From positions 3,534,001 to 3,598,000 of the forward strand of contig OZ361260.1 of the NCBI GenBank assembly GCA_977018835.1: 64,000 nt of DNA. The letters are read 5' to 3'. Both the position numbers and the translations under genes were made by a program. This document shows, one piece after another, positions 36,879-47,480 of this stretch (position 1 is its first letter; every line of letters begins with the position of its first letter). The DNA is from Minutocellus sp. GHC0000111 (Eukaryota). Under the pieces are notes generated by a model, which did no database searches, was not told where the DNA came from, and saw only the letters and a program-made list of their open reading frames with translations.

Positions 36879-38522
36879 TCATTCGAACAATTGAGGAAGC
36901 CGAACGACAATGGCAGTTATGTCATCACGATAATCTCCCTCAATTTTCTTCCATAGCTTCATAGCATGACGAATTAGCTGAATGCTGGCTTCGCTGGCCG
37001 TTAGGCCCTTATCAAGACAATCTCCGACGATCCTGACGGCTTCCTCAGACGAAATGAATTCCCATACCCCATCCGAAGCCAGTATCAGAAATTCATCTTG
37101 ATCGGCTACCATGTGGTGTGTAATCACAGGGTTCGCGATCACTCCAATCTGCTTCATGTTATGATCGCCGAGAGATCTAGACATTGCCAAGCCCACCAAG
37201 GTGCACTCTTTGTCAAGATATATACGCGCAGGAAGGCCAGGTTCTCGAGGCTCCGCGACAAATCCACCAGACTTAATTACCCTTCGTTTTTCGACTGGAT
37301 CTTTTGCGTTCTGATCCTTCGTAAGAGAAATTGAATCATACCGCATTCGCGGCAAATCTACTGTAGGACCCCCTGGGAGAGAGTACTTCGCCTTACCCCC
37401 ACCTTGTTCACCCTTTCTTCTTCTTCTTCCAATGACAGCTCTCGAGTCTCCCACATTTGACACAGTAAGCTTGGAACCTTGCAAAACAGCCACACACGCC
37501 GTGCTTCCACTATGGTATGGTTCAATTTCCGCTCTTTGCTTGATGTCTGCATCGACAGAAAGATAAGTCTCAACAAATGCTTGGTGTAAATTTGACTGAT
37601 ATTTGGGATGATTACGAAGCCGGTTGGGAATCTCATGCATGGCAAAGTCTGCAACACGCTCTCCCCTTCGGCCATGGCCATCAAATACACCAAAGAGAGC
37701 CGTTTGTGGATCGCCGCGAGCAAAGTTTTGTACCACAATGCCTCGATCTTGGTTGATCTTCTGCGTTATCAAAGTGACAATCTGTGGCTCAACATTGGAG
37801 GAAAAAAGTAGCGATGCTTCCTCTCGCACGATGTAGGGATGAGGTTCGATGCCATGGGCCGAAAATGCTCCAACCTTGTCATCGGAAAATGCCAGCTCTT
37901 GATTTCCAATCGAAGAGGGATGGGCAAAAGTCGTATGGTGATGCTTCCGAAGGTCCTTCAAATCTTCCTCGTCATCCCCATCCTCCAGCGCTTTTATCCC
38001 CAGCTCGGACAAAAACTCAGCAAATATTTTCTTCTTTTCTGATACCTTGGAACTCAGAGAAGATGATCGCGACGATGGTGTGCTTTCAATTTCGATGGCA
38101 TAGGAAGTTTTCATTGTTGTCTGCTTTGCTTGCTGATTTGTTGTCATCGTCGTCATATCTTTTTGGTCCGCATCAGAGGAAGGCGTAGCGTCGTCCTCAC
38201 TTTCATCATGTTCAGCATCTGGAACAATGGATAAGCGTCGCTTTCGAAAGGTAACCTCCTTCCGCCCAGGTCTAGTGCTACTACTATTGTCCCCTGCTTC
38301 GCTTTCACAACGTGCTACTGTTGCTATGGTATGCAGACCATCACAACAATTATTGATGCTGCTGCCAGCGGTCGCACTGTCGATGTCAGTACTGCGGCGG
38401 CGGCTACGGCTACGGCTGCCTACCTCGCCCAGCACGCAAGAAGCCGCAATAGATGCAGCCGCCGCATGGCGGAAAAGTTGGGACCTTTGCCAATTCAGCG
38501 ATCGATACGCGTGCTTCCACAT
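36879..38522 (-). CDS. PP2C/PPM family protein phosphatase
   Basis: NQDR, GVFDGHG, SGSTA, NVGDSR, GLAMSRSLGD, LASDGVWE, DDIT. Confidence 0.95.
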   Translation of the reverse strand: MWKHAYRSLNWQRSQLFRHAAAASIAASCVLGEVGSRSRSRRRSTDIDSATAGSSINNCCDGLHTIATVARCESEAGDNSSSTRPGRKEVTFRKRRLSIVPDAEHDESEDDATPSSDADQKDMTTMTTNQQAKQTTMKTSYAIEIESTPSSRSSSLSSKVSEKKKIFAEFLSELGIKALEDGDDEEDLKDLRKHHHTTFAHPSSIGNQELAFSDDKVGAFSAHGIEPHPYIVREEASLLFSSNVEPQIVTLITQKINQDRGIVVQNFARGDPQTALFGVFDGHGRRGERVADFAMHEIPNRLRNHPKYQSNLHQAFVETYLSVDADIKQRAEIEPYHSGSTACVAVLQGSKLTVSNVGDSRAVIGRRRRKGEQGGGKAKYSLPGGPTVDLPRMRYDSISLTKDQNAKDPVEKRRVIKSGGFVAEPREPGLPARIYLDKECTLVGLAMSRSLGDHNMKQIGVIANPVITHHMVADQDEFLILASDGVWEFISSEEAVRIVGDCLDKGLTASEASIQLIRHAMKLWKKIEGDYRDDITAIVVRLPQLFE

Positions 38523-38677
38523 TTTTGACTTGCGGAATTATGAATGCATCGGAATTGCTTCTTGGGTGCAATCTATCTATCTGGCGCTCTTTTGATCTGA
38601 CTTCGGCGCGGCGTCAATTATGCCTCCGGGTTCTCTGCGACTGACTCATCTCATTCTCGTTATTCAGCTCTTTCAAC

Positions 38678-39583
38678 ATGGTGTACCTCAAGACCGCCCC
38701 GCTCCTCGCCCTCGTCGCCGTATCCGGCCACGCTGCCGCCTTCGCGCCTCTTGCCCCAGTTTCCAAGGCGTCGGCAGCAGTATCTGCTCTCCAGGCATCG
38801 AAAAGTGCCGCCGATGATGTTACCCGCAGGGATGTCTTCGTCAAGGCCTCGGCTGCCGTGACAGCAGGCCTGGTGGCTCATCTGCAGTCCGCGAATGCTC
38901 TTGATACCGACGACTTCCTCAAGACGGGACAAGTAAGCATGCCAATGGGTGTTTCTGGTCAAGCAGGGAAGGCCAAGCCTGTGACCGGTATCATTCTGCG
39001 AGAGGGTAGCGAAGTCAGTCGCGACAACAAGGGCAATGTTTTGGCAGAAATTCTCCTGGGAAAATCGTCTGATCCGACCCCCATACTTGCCACCTTCTCA
39101 TCGCCCTGGCCCTTGGCAACTGGAACTGGATTCGACGTCGAATGCAGAGATGCAAGCAGCGGTGATGGTGCCTTCCTCACGGTAGCCAAGGGGAAGGATG
39201 GCAAGTCGGTTGAGGATTTATCGAAGTCATTCTTTACGGATTCACTCTTCAAGCCCACTGGGCGGTTCTCCTTCTACGGCGCCCCCACGGACATCAAGGT
39301 CAAGAAGAGCGAAATGAATGGGCCGTATCGCATGCTTGAGATTACCTTCAGCAACCTTTCTCAGAGTACGAACGCAGAGATACCACGGACAGCTCTTGTG
39401 GCTGCGACCATTCCTGAAGGCACGGATGATGTTGTCATGCTGGTTGGAAGCTCTACGGCAACTCGATGGAGGAAGGGGTCGGAGAAGCAGATCAGAGACA
39501 CTGTGAATTCCTTCAAGGCAACGCTGGCTCCGACCAGTGGCCTCAAGGTTCGGGCCAAGGAGCAGCCGGGCAGCCTTGCATGA
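38678..39583 (+). CDS. Thylakoid-lumen PsbP-like protein
   Basis: Signal peptide followed by AFAP, a twin-arginine TRRDVF signal and an ANA cleavage site. The mature part looks PsbP-like. Confidence 0.7.
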   Translation: MVYLKTAPLLALVAVSGHAAAFAPLAPVSKASAAVSALQASKSAADDVTRRDVFVKASAAVTAGLVAHLQSANALDTDDFLKTGQVSMPMGVSGQAGKAKPVTGIILREGSEVSRDNKGNVLAEILLGKSSDPTPILATFSSPWPLATGTGFDVECRDASSGDGAFLTVAKGKDGKSVEDLSKSFFTDSLFKPTGRFSFYGAPTDIKVKKSEMNGPYRMLEITFSNLSQSTNAEIPRTALVAATIPEGTDDVVMLVGSSTATRWRKGSEKQIRDTVNSFKATLAPTSGLKVRAKEQPGSLA

Positions 39584-39798
39584 GTCAATGAATGACTAGT
39601 GACCGGTATGGTGATCATATGGTGGTGGAGATATGCTACAACAAATAGTAACATATTCATTACTAGTATGTTAGGTAGCAAAACATTTCATCTTACATCT
39701 TTTCTTACATTAGCGGCGGTGACTACCGACAATGTATATTTACCAACAGTCTATATAGCCAAGTGTATCAGAGTCTACTAGCCATGTATCAGTCAGCA

Positions 39799-40436
39799 CT
39801 AAGGCGGCGTTACTCCTTCGCTGACGCTCCACTTCGTCACTCGATCATGGATATCTGCAATTCGTGCGCTCTGAACTTCCACGGCAAGCATTGCGATATC
39901 TGGCCCAATGATGAATTGTGGGTACCGAGGATTCGCCCTCAAATGAGCCTGTCTGAACCGGTCCGCATCTGGACCGGCCTCCACGATGTAGCACCTGCCA
40001 TTTAGTGTAATGGAAGCGCCTGTGCTCTTTCCATCGTCAAACTGGTGGAAGTCATGGACGAGAAGGGCGACACCATTCTGATTTTGCAGCATATTGAATT
40101 TCTTTGTGTTGATATTCGTACTCATGACGATGACACCGTCCTCCTCAAGGAATGTAAATCTCATCAACGAGAGATGAGAAGTGTCATTCTCAGCATCGAC
40201 AGTGGCAAGATACGTTAGTTTGCATCGTTTCAGCACATCCTTGACCACCGGCGGGAAATCAGAAAAGCATATGGAACCCCTCTTAAACTGCTCACGAAGG
40301 ACCTCGATGTTCTCCTGACGTGCCTTCTCCTGCCGTCGCCTCCTTGTGCTTGGAAGATGGCAAAGGCTGGAATGAGGGCAAACAACGCCAAACTGAGAGA
40401 CGTGCCGGTACCGGTACTCGTACTCCCGGTCGCCAT
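39799..40436 (-). CDS. Pyridoxamine 5'-phosphate oxidase-like FMN-binding split-barrel protein; apparent frameshift near 40345
   Basis: YLAT...HLSLMRFT...TKKFNMLQNQNGVALLVHDF...SITLNG. The N-terminal TM segment is in another frame. Confidence 0.75.
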
Positions 40437-40880
40437 AGTTGATTGATTGGCAGACAAAATGCTTCGTCTCAGTGTCGGATTACTAGTACGACAAATGGAG
40501 TGCGTAATGTGCTATCCAGCCCTCTCGCCTTGATGCTGGTGTTGCTGCCTTGTTCCTTGCGTTCTTCAGGTCGCTGGGCCACTGCCGCTGCATGCATAGT
40601 GTTTTCCTTGCATGATGCTCTTGCTTGCCAATCGTGACGTCGAGTCGAGTCGAATAAGTCCATTCTTGGCCAGAGGCCAGCTTGATCTCCCAGCCACCCA
40701 CCAAGCGCGAATGGACCGGCAATATGGTACCGGTAGATCTGCTAAATGCTTTGTAGAGTAGATGGATAGCTTTTCATGCAGGAATCCTAATAGGAAATTC
40801 CTATCTCAAAATTTACATTCTAACATTGATCTATTCATGTCTTCAAAAATTTCGATTCGATTTTTTCTCCAAGAATTGAA

Positions 40881-43289
40881 TCAAAGACTGTCCTCAATGT
40901 CTCGGATGTCCCGATTGCTGCTGATTCGTCGCCATAATCTTCTCACACCGCCGTGACTTTCAGTCGATGCATCACTCTCATCTTCCGTTCCGCCCTTTGC
41001 CTGGGAAGCAGCATGAGCACTGCCCCGCAACTCCTTATGTGGTGCATTGTCCGTGATGGTTCTTCTCGATGGGGCCTGAGGAGGTGAAGCATCTTGGCCC
41101 GAAGCATTGGCAATAGTCGGTGGCTGCGTTACCTGAGACTGTCCAGGGACATAATCATCGGTAATTCTAGTATTGGCATCCACCTCCTGACAACCGCATG
41201 CTTCTAATCTGTCAGCAAAATCTTGGATGTCCGCTTCCATGGTATCCATGTCTTCATAGGCTGCCACAAGTGCTGTGCTTAAATCTTTGCTTTTGGCCAT
41301 CCAGCTGTCCACTTCTTTCTTAGTGTCTTCAAATGTGGGACAGGTTGGGATCATTGGATGAACGAAACCATAATTGGCATAAATTACGTCCTCACAATCT
41401 CCAGAATAATAAAAAGTAATCTCCTGACCCGGCTCAAAGCTACAGGTAGCAACTACGTTGAAGGTATGGGTCAATACATCATATGAGCCTCGAGTGCACG
41501 GCGGTCCAAAATTGAGTAGATCTGCCAGAGGTGCCAAGAAGGAGTGGGATCGAGGATTCATTACCACATGTCGACTTTCTGATTCGTCGCTGGACACCAC
41601 TCCCTTTACAACATCCTCCGATGATTCGGACCGCTCATTACTTTCTCGGCTATTTTCGACGGCGCCAGTACCTGCCACTTGCTGCTCGACAAATACGTCT
41701 GTAGGCTGAGCGGCAGGTGGAGTTTCGATGCCATCTACGCCGATAGATGACAAGTGTTCAGAGGCGCCTTCGTGTGGCGGTAAATCCACTCCCTCACCCT
41801 CGACGCTCACACTATTCTGACCACCGTTCGGGGTTATGGCTGGCGCACTCATTCCACCAGTAGCACTAGTGGACAATGCCAAAGACACAGGACGCATGAC
41901 GGCTTCACCAGCGTCATCCAAGTCTAGGACGGGTACATTCCAATGACGAGAGTTCACAACAGCAAAAGCCCAACTGAAACGATCGAAGGAAAAGGCCCAA
42001 TCGTCGATAACATCACCCTGCTCACTTTTCGGCGGGCCAAATACGTCGGGAAAATCTTTGACGAGAGCCCCCATGGCAGTCACATACATGTCTCTCATGT
42101 CGTCCTGCACTTCACCAATGACCTTCCTGACGCCATCCGAAAACCCCTGACGACGAAACTGCGCATGATCGAGTAGAAAGGGCATGCTCTCCACAGGCGC
42201 ATCTCGCATGGAGTCAATGTACTTCGATAGAGGACTTTGATCACCAAGCACATGCGCATGGTACAAAACCGCCACGATGAGGAGCGGTACTTCGTAGAAG
42301 CGAGCGTTGGCCCCATCCCATCCGTATTCTGATCGCTGCGCTGGTCCCAGCACGGTGGAGAGAACCGGATCGTGATCAATCGTCGTCTGGACCGAAATCA
42401 TGGCATTGAGGGGTATAGAAATGATGGTCTCTCCCGGCGATATCGGCTGAGTGGCGGCCAATCCGCGAACCGGGACGGTGGGGATGGCATCGGTATCTGG
42501 AGGGGTGATTCCTGCTCGGCTAGATGTGCTGCTAATGCTGTCATCATTACCAAGAACGGATTGGACGGCCCGAACGGTGGCCAGTTCCGCATGATAGGCA
42601 TCCCACGCGGCTCGTTCTGCGAGATAGTCTGGGTAGTCAAATGTTCGGATCTCCACGTGCGGCATTTTGATCCCCATCACATGCTGGCTCCACCACAAGA
42701 AGTCACCATTTTTCTTCTCCGTGGACTCATCGTTGGCGGCACGATCAGGCAGTACCGGTGCCACCACAGGAGTCTTTTCATCATTAGATATGCCTGGAGG
42801 GACCGGCGGAGAGTTCCTATTCAGATCTGATACAAACGCACTCTTTGGCTTTGGGGTTGCCTCGTCGGCGGCATGGGAGCTGACTTTCTCTTCGTTGGAG
42901 TTCGGTCGGCCAAACTCTCCAATTTCTTCCGCACCACAAACGCTCAGTCCGCCACCACCCGCACCCAAAAGGAGGAGGGCCGCCGCACCAGCGTTTCGAA
43001 TTTTCATTGCCTTCGTTCTTCGTCTGTGCGCAAGTCTATCTTCTGCTCTTCTTGATTCCCGCACCAGACTACCACCAGCACACGAGCTACGAGTAGTGCT
43101 CGCCGAAATCGGAATTCCGAGGGCCATTGCTTGAGCATCAGGATACGCTGGTTTCCGTCTGCGGGATGGCTCTGATTCTCGAGCTGATTCTCGAGCAAAT
43201 GGAACATGCCCCTCCGATGCACCATTTATAATAGAAGGCGGGGCGGGGCGGGCAGCAGCAACGAGTCGCCTCTTCCTGGAGTTCACCAT
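40881..43289 (-). CDS. SET-domain protein (Rubisco LSMT-like)
   Basis: RGLAATQPISPGE, FSWAFAVVNSR, LAPLADLLN, GQEITFYY...NYGFV. The start codon is uncertain. Confidence 0.85.
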   Translation of the reverse strand: MVNSRKRRLVAAARPAPPSIINGASEGHVPFARESARESEPSRRRKPAYPDAQAMALGIPISASTTRSSCAGGSLVRESRRAEDRLAHRRRTKAMKIRNAGAAALLLLGAGGGGLSVCGAEEIGEFGRPNSNEEKVSSHAADEATPKPKSAFVSDLNRNSPPVPPGISNDEKTPVVAPVLPDRAANDESTEKKNGDFLWWSQHVMGIKMPHVEIRTFDYPDYLAERAAWDAYHAELATVRAVQSVLGNDDSISSTSSRAGITPPDTDAIPTVPVRGLAATQPISPGETIISIPLNAMISVQTTIDHDPVLSTVLGPAQRSEYGWDGANARFYEVPLLIVAVLYHAHVLGDQSPLSKYIDSMRDAPVESMPFLLDHAQFRRQGFSDGVRKVIGEVQDDMRDMYVTAMGALVKDFPDVFGPPKSEQGDVIDDWAFSFDRFSWAFAVVNSRHWNVPVLDLDDAGEAVMRPVSLALSTSATGGMSAPAITPNGGQNSVSVEGEGVDLPPHEGASEHLSSIGVDGIETPPAAQPTDVFVEQQVAGTGAVENSRESNERSESSEDVVKGVVSSDESESRHVVMNPRSHSFLAPLADLLNFGPPCTRGSYDVLTHTFNVVATCSFEPGQEITFYYSGDCEDVIYANYGFVHPMIPTCPTFEDTKKEVDSWMAKSKDLSTALVAAYEDMDTMEADIQDFADRLEACGCQEVDANTRITDDYVPGQSQVTQPPTIANASGQDASPPQAPSRRTITDNAPHKELRGSAHAASQAKGGTEDESDASTESHGGVRRLWRRISSNRDIRDIEDSL

Positions 43290-43649
43290 TGTCGCTGTTG
43301 GTTCAAATAATAAAACGACGAGTTTCACTTGCTGCGGCAAGAGCACATACTGGTGCAATACGCCAGTAACAAAAAAAATCACACTTTCCGGCGCAGCCGG
43401 AACTTTCCAGAAAGTGGCCGCGCAGCAGCGGCCACGTGTCGCCGCGAGGAACGGACGACGCCGGGACGGCGCACCGCGCGCGCCGGCCGCGCTTTCTGGA
43501 AAGTGCAAGACATCCAGTGAGACTTAAAAGCGCTGCTGACGTGGCGAATTCTTTCCAGAAACCCCCTCGAAATCGCGCACCCGAATCACATCACGCACCA
43601 TCACAACAAATAAATTAGATCTAGTACATGTGTTACGAGAGCTACATAT

Positions 43650-45167
43650 CTACTTACTGCCGCCGCTTTTGCGTAAAAAATGAGAATCAAGTGATGTCTG
43701 GGAGTTGCTTTCCGATGCCTCCTTCATGCTGCTTGCTTTGTGCTTAGTTTTGATCTTTTGGGCTCGCGAACCCACACCAGAGTGTCCATCCTTGTGGTTG
43801 CCATCTTCGGGAGAGCCTTCCATCTTATTTAGCAGGTCTAGTGCACGCCGAGAAATACTGCGGACTTCATCTTCTAGAGCCTGATCGCTGTGGCCTGTTT
43901 TGCACAGGAATTTCTTCTCGTCGTCCTCAACGACAGCATCGAGAAGGTCAAGACAGTGGTTGTGCTTGGCGTTGTCTGTAAACCTGCCCGGTCTCTCCAA
44001 ACCCGTACAAACAAATCCATCGTTCAGCAGACCCTGTTTGTATGCACCGGATATGATGTCATGCAACGCAGTTCCTCCATGAAGTTGATCGGCGTCGACG
44101 CTGTCGTAATTCTTCTCCAATTCCACCTCTTCAGGTTGGTAATACAACTGCACAGGGGTGCTGGTAATAAAACTTTCGTCTGTCTTTCTCTTCTTGCTGG
44201 ACTTGGGCTCGGGCGATTTCGGCAAATTGAACATACTTCCCATCTTTTTTGAAAACTTCACAATTTCCTTCCGATCTTGTCGCTCGTCCTCAAGCAGAGT
44301 CTGGAGCAGAATGTTCTGTCTCTTCAGGTCGGCAAGTTCGTTCGAAAGCTGAGACAGCATTTGAGATTGCTGATTGAGAGTATTGATAACTTGAATGCTA
44401 TTGCTAGCATTAGTAAGAGGCTGGAAATCAGGATTAAGGGATTTGAAGTCTTTCAAGATGAGCTCGGACCAGCATTTGAGAGCTCCAATAGAAGTGCCAC
44501 AGGAGGAGCGAGAATCCAATATGTAGCATATTTTTTCCAATATCCTCAACATTGAGGAGGTTCATCCAGTGGGGAGGCGCGGTGGTAGTTTCTCCATCCC
44601 CATGACGAGCTTTCCGATACAGAGCAAGCTTCGGCTCCTGTCCGAAGGTGTCACTCTTTTGCTGTTGGCTGCGTTGGCAGGCCTTCTTAAAAGATGCACC
44701 AGAAAACTCTCCACGTAGACCATCGTCTTTCCAGAGAGGGTCGTCAGGGCAAATCTTCTCCAGCAAATTCAGTGCCTTGCCCAAATATTCGTTGAGGGTC
44801 GTGTACTTGAGGAATTTCGATGGGACGAGACTGGAATCGTTGAGATACTTTTCAAAATTGAGTGGTATGTTAGTATCTGCGAGCCATGTGGCATGTGCGC
44901 GGCCCAACTGCTCGATGCCGCCGTCCTCGAGATACGACGGGTCCAAATCGGAAGAAGCAACACCGCCAAACACTTCGATGAGAACGTGATCGAAAAGTTT
45001 TATGCCGGACCCATCGGCGGCTTTTGTAGAATCGGCGCGGCCCATATCGCCTGCCAGCCTTGCCGCGCCGGCAGCACCTTGTTGTGGAGAAGGCTGCTGT
45101 ACTGTGCTCTTCTTCTGCAGCGCCGCCGCAGCGGTCTGCTTTCCTTGCGCTCGCAGCATATTCATGT
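43650..45167 (-). other. Two overlapping ORFs of unknown function, probably a degenerate mobile element
   Basis: ORFs 44434-45429 and 43650-44552 switch frame near 44550. They are bracketed by clusters of CTTTC(C/T)(A/G)GAAAG-like motifs. Confidence 0.35.
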
Positions 45168-45603
45168 CGAGGAATAATGAGGTGCTGCTGCTTTCGAGCG
45201 CAAATGAGCGATCGCTCACATGATGTGCAACCCGATCGCCAAACTCTGGCGATTGGTTTTGACACTTGTTTTTCCGCAAGCCTGCCCAGCCTGTAAAAAA
45301 ATGAAAACCACACCATGAATCGGGACATTGTTTCACACTTTCCAGCTTTCTGGCGCTTTCTGCAGAAAGTTCGTTTTTATCTCCCAAAAAATTTGTGGTG
45401 CTGCAGTAATGGCGTACGTAAGCCAGCATGATCGTACGTATTACGTACTGAAGTACGGTACGAATTCCCTACGGTTGCAACGTCAGCCGAGCCCCCGCCG
45501 CCTCTCTTTCGCAGCATCCTTCGAAGGAACACCAACGTTCATTAGCATATTATTGACCGAAAGTCCAAACGGTGGCGACCAATAGCAATTGAAACCCAAA
45601 ACA

Positions 45604-46242
45604 ATGCGTCGCTTCGCCGGTATTTTTCCCGGGGCACGATTTTGTTTGTTTGTCGTACTCCTTTTTGGGCACCTTGGCTCGGCGTCTGCCTTTCAGCAGC
45701 AGCAGCAATTGGGAAGATCGACAACAGTGACACAATGTCATCATCACAACCACCATCAACATCATAAGAGGCGGCAGCTAATCATCACAAACAGGAAGGA
45801 GGGTGACTCGAATCGAAGAATTCCTCTCGCTTCGACCGCATCTTCAACCGCGGCAGATGGCTTCGGCGACAGTGGTTCCAATGCCAAGGAAGCACGTCGT
45901 CGCATTGCTCTTCCAACCGTGACATCCGATGGTACAGTGGCCAAGACTTGTGCCGCCACGGCAGCCACCGTCATTACCTACATTGTCAACAATCAGTACA
46001 ACCTCGAACCTGTCTTGGGATCATCCGTGGTTGCTCTGGCATCGGCGATTGCACTTGGACCCAATCGCCCGGTCATGCAACTTGCAGCGCTTTGCGGATC
46101 CTTCGCCGGTATGGCTCGGCAGGCCGTCATCCCAAGCCCGGCCGCTGCCGTGGTGTTGGGTTTGGTCTGCTCGTACATGATTCGGCTGTTTGATCGGCAA
46201 AAATGGCTCATTGGAAAAGGTGGTAGGCTGGGCTTCATAGCC
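45604..46242 (+). pseudogene. Plastid-targeted membrane protein gene, 3'-truncated by a copia fragment
   Basis: ASA-F targeting motif, TM helices, CGSFAGM and GGRLGFIA. The frame then runs into antisense copia RNase H sequence. Confidence 0.6.
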
Positions 46243-46258
46243 GGAAAGCAAAAAGGTA

Positions 46259-47313
46259 TTACCATCCACAGAGCTTCTTGCGAAGGTATAGAAAAGTAGA
46301 ATCATCCAAGGGTTTGGTGAAAATGTCGGCGGTCTGCTCTTTCGTATCAATAGGAAAGATCTGGATCGCCTTACTCTTGACATAGGACCGGAAATGGTGA
46401 TATTTCAGGGCGATATGTTTCGTCCGAGGAGTAAATTTGTTCGCCTCGGCGATAGTAATTTCAGAGCGATTGTCCTCAAATACCTTGCAGTGAACTTGCG
46501 GTTTCGGCATCGGAATGTCGATAATACAGCTGATCTCGATGAGCATATTCATCAAAGGAATGACTGTTCGCATAGCTTGACTCAAAGCAATGTATTCGGC
46601 CTCGGCCGTACTGAGGGCAATCTCGGTTTGAAGCTTGGACATCCAAATGACGGGGCATCCAGCATACATAATGACAAAGCCAGTACGAGACATAACGTTC
46701 TCGGCACTATCGGCGTCAGCTTGACTCCATCCACCGGCGAAATCGGCGTCGACAAAGCATTCGATACCACGGGTGGGATCTGGCTTATAAACGATGCCTC
46801 GCTGGGGATCTCGAAGTAGATATCGGGCGATTCGCTTGACTGCTTTCTCGTGAGAAAGCTTTGGATCATTGCAGAATCTAGCGCATTGATGAACTGCCAT
46901 AGAGAGTTCCGGCCGAGTGTTGCTTGCAAGGTAGTTAAGCATACCGACTGCTGCACGATAGTTCCAAGAATCTTTTCGTGGCTTGCCGTCTGCATCCTTG
47001 TGAAGTAAAGGCTTGGTGGCAGGAATGGTCTGATTGGCATTGGTCATGCGAGGATCCAGGCCGACAAATTTCGTGATTCGCTCGATTAAAAATGGCTGGA
47101 TCATTTCGAAACTTTTGTCGTCGGGATTGTCGTTGCGGATGATTTCGACACCGAGACACTTCTGGAGCGTCCCGTCGTCCGTCAACTCGAACCGATCCTT
47201 GAGTAATGCAACAGTATTATCTATCACTGATGAATCCCTAGAGATAAGAATGCAATCGTCAACATAGCTCAATAAAATGATGTCCTCACGGTAGAAAACA
47301 CATGGGGGTCAAC
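46259..47313 (-). mobile_element. Ty1/copia RT-RNase H fragment (different family from the 12.4-kb element)
   Basis: YVDDC, YRAAVGMLNYL, TRPE, FVDADFAG, ALSTAEAEY, RTKHI, ADIFTKPL. No LTR or PPT downstream. Confidence 0.93.
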
Positions 47314-47480
47314 GTGCGTTGGATTGTGCAAAGTTGAAAAGGGGGGGGATGGATCTCCAATCAATCAATGTGAAAGTGCACGCCAAACTCGTCGTGAGCG
47401 CATGATCGGCGAGAGAGGTGGGATCGGGTAAAAAGAGCCACCGGGATGAAGAAGCCCCACCCCAAAAGCATGAGGACGGT

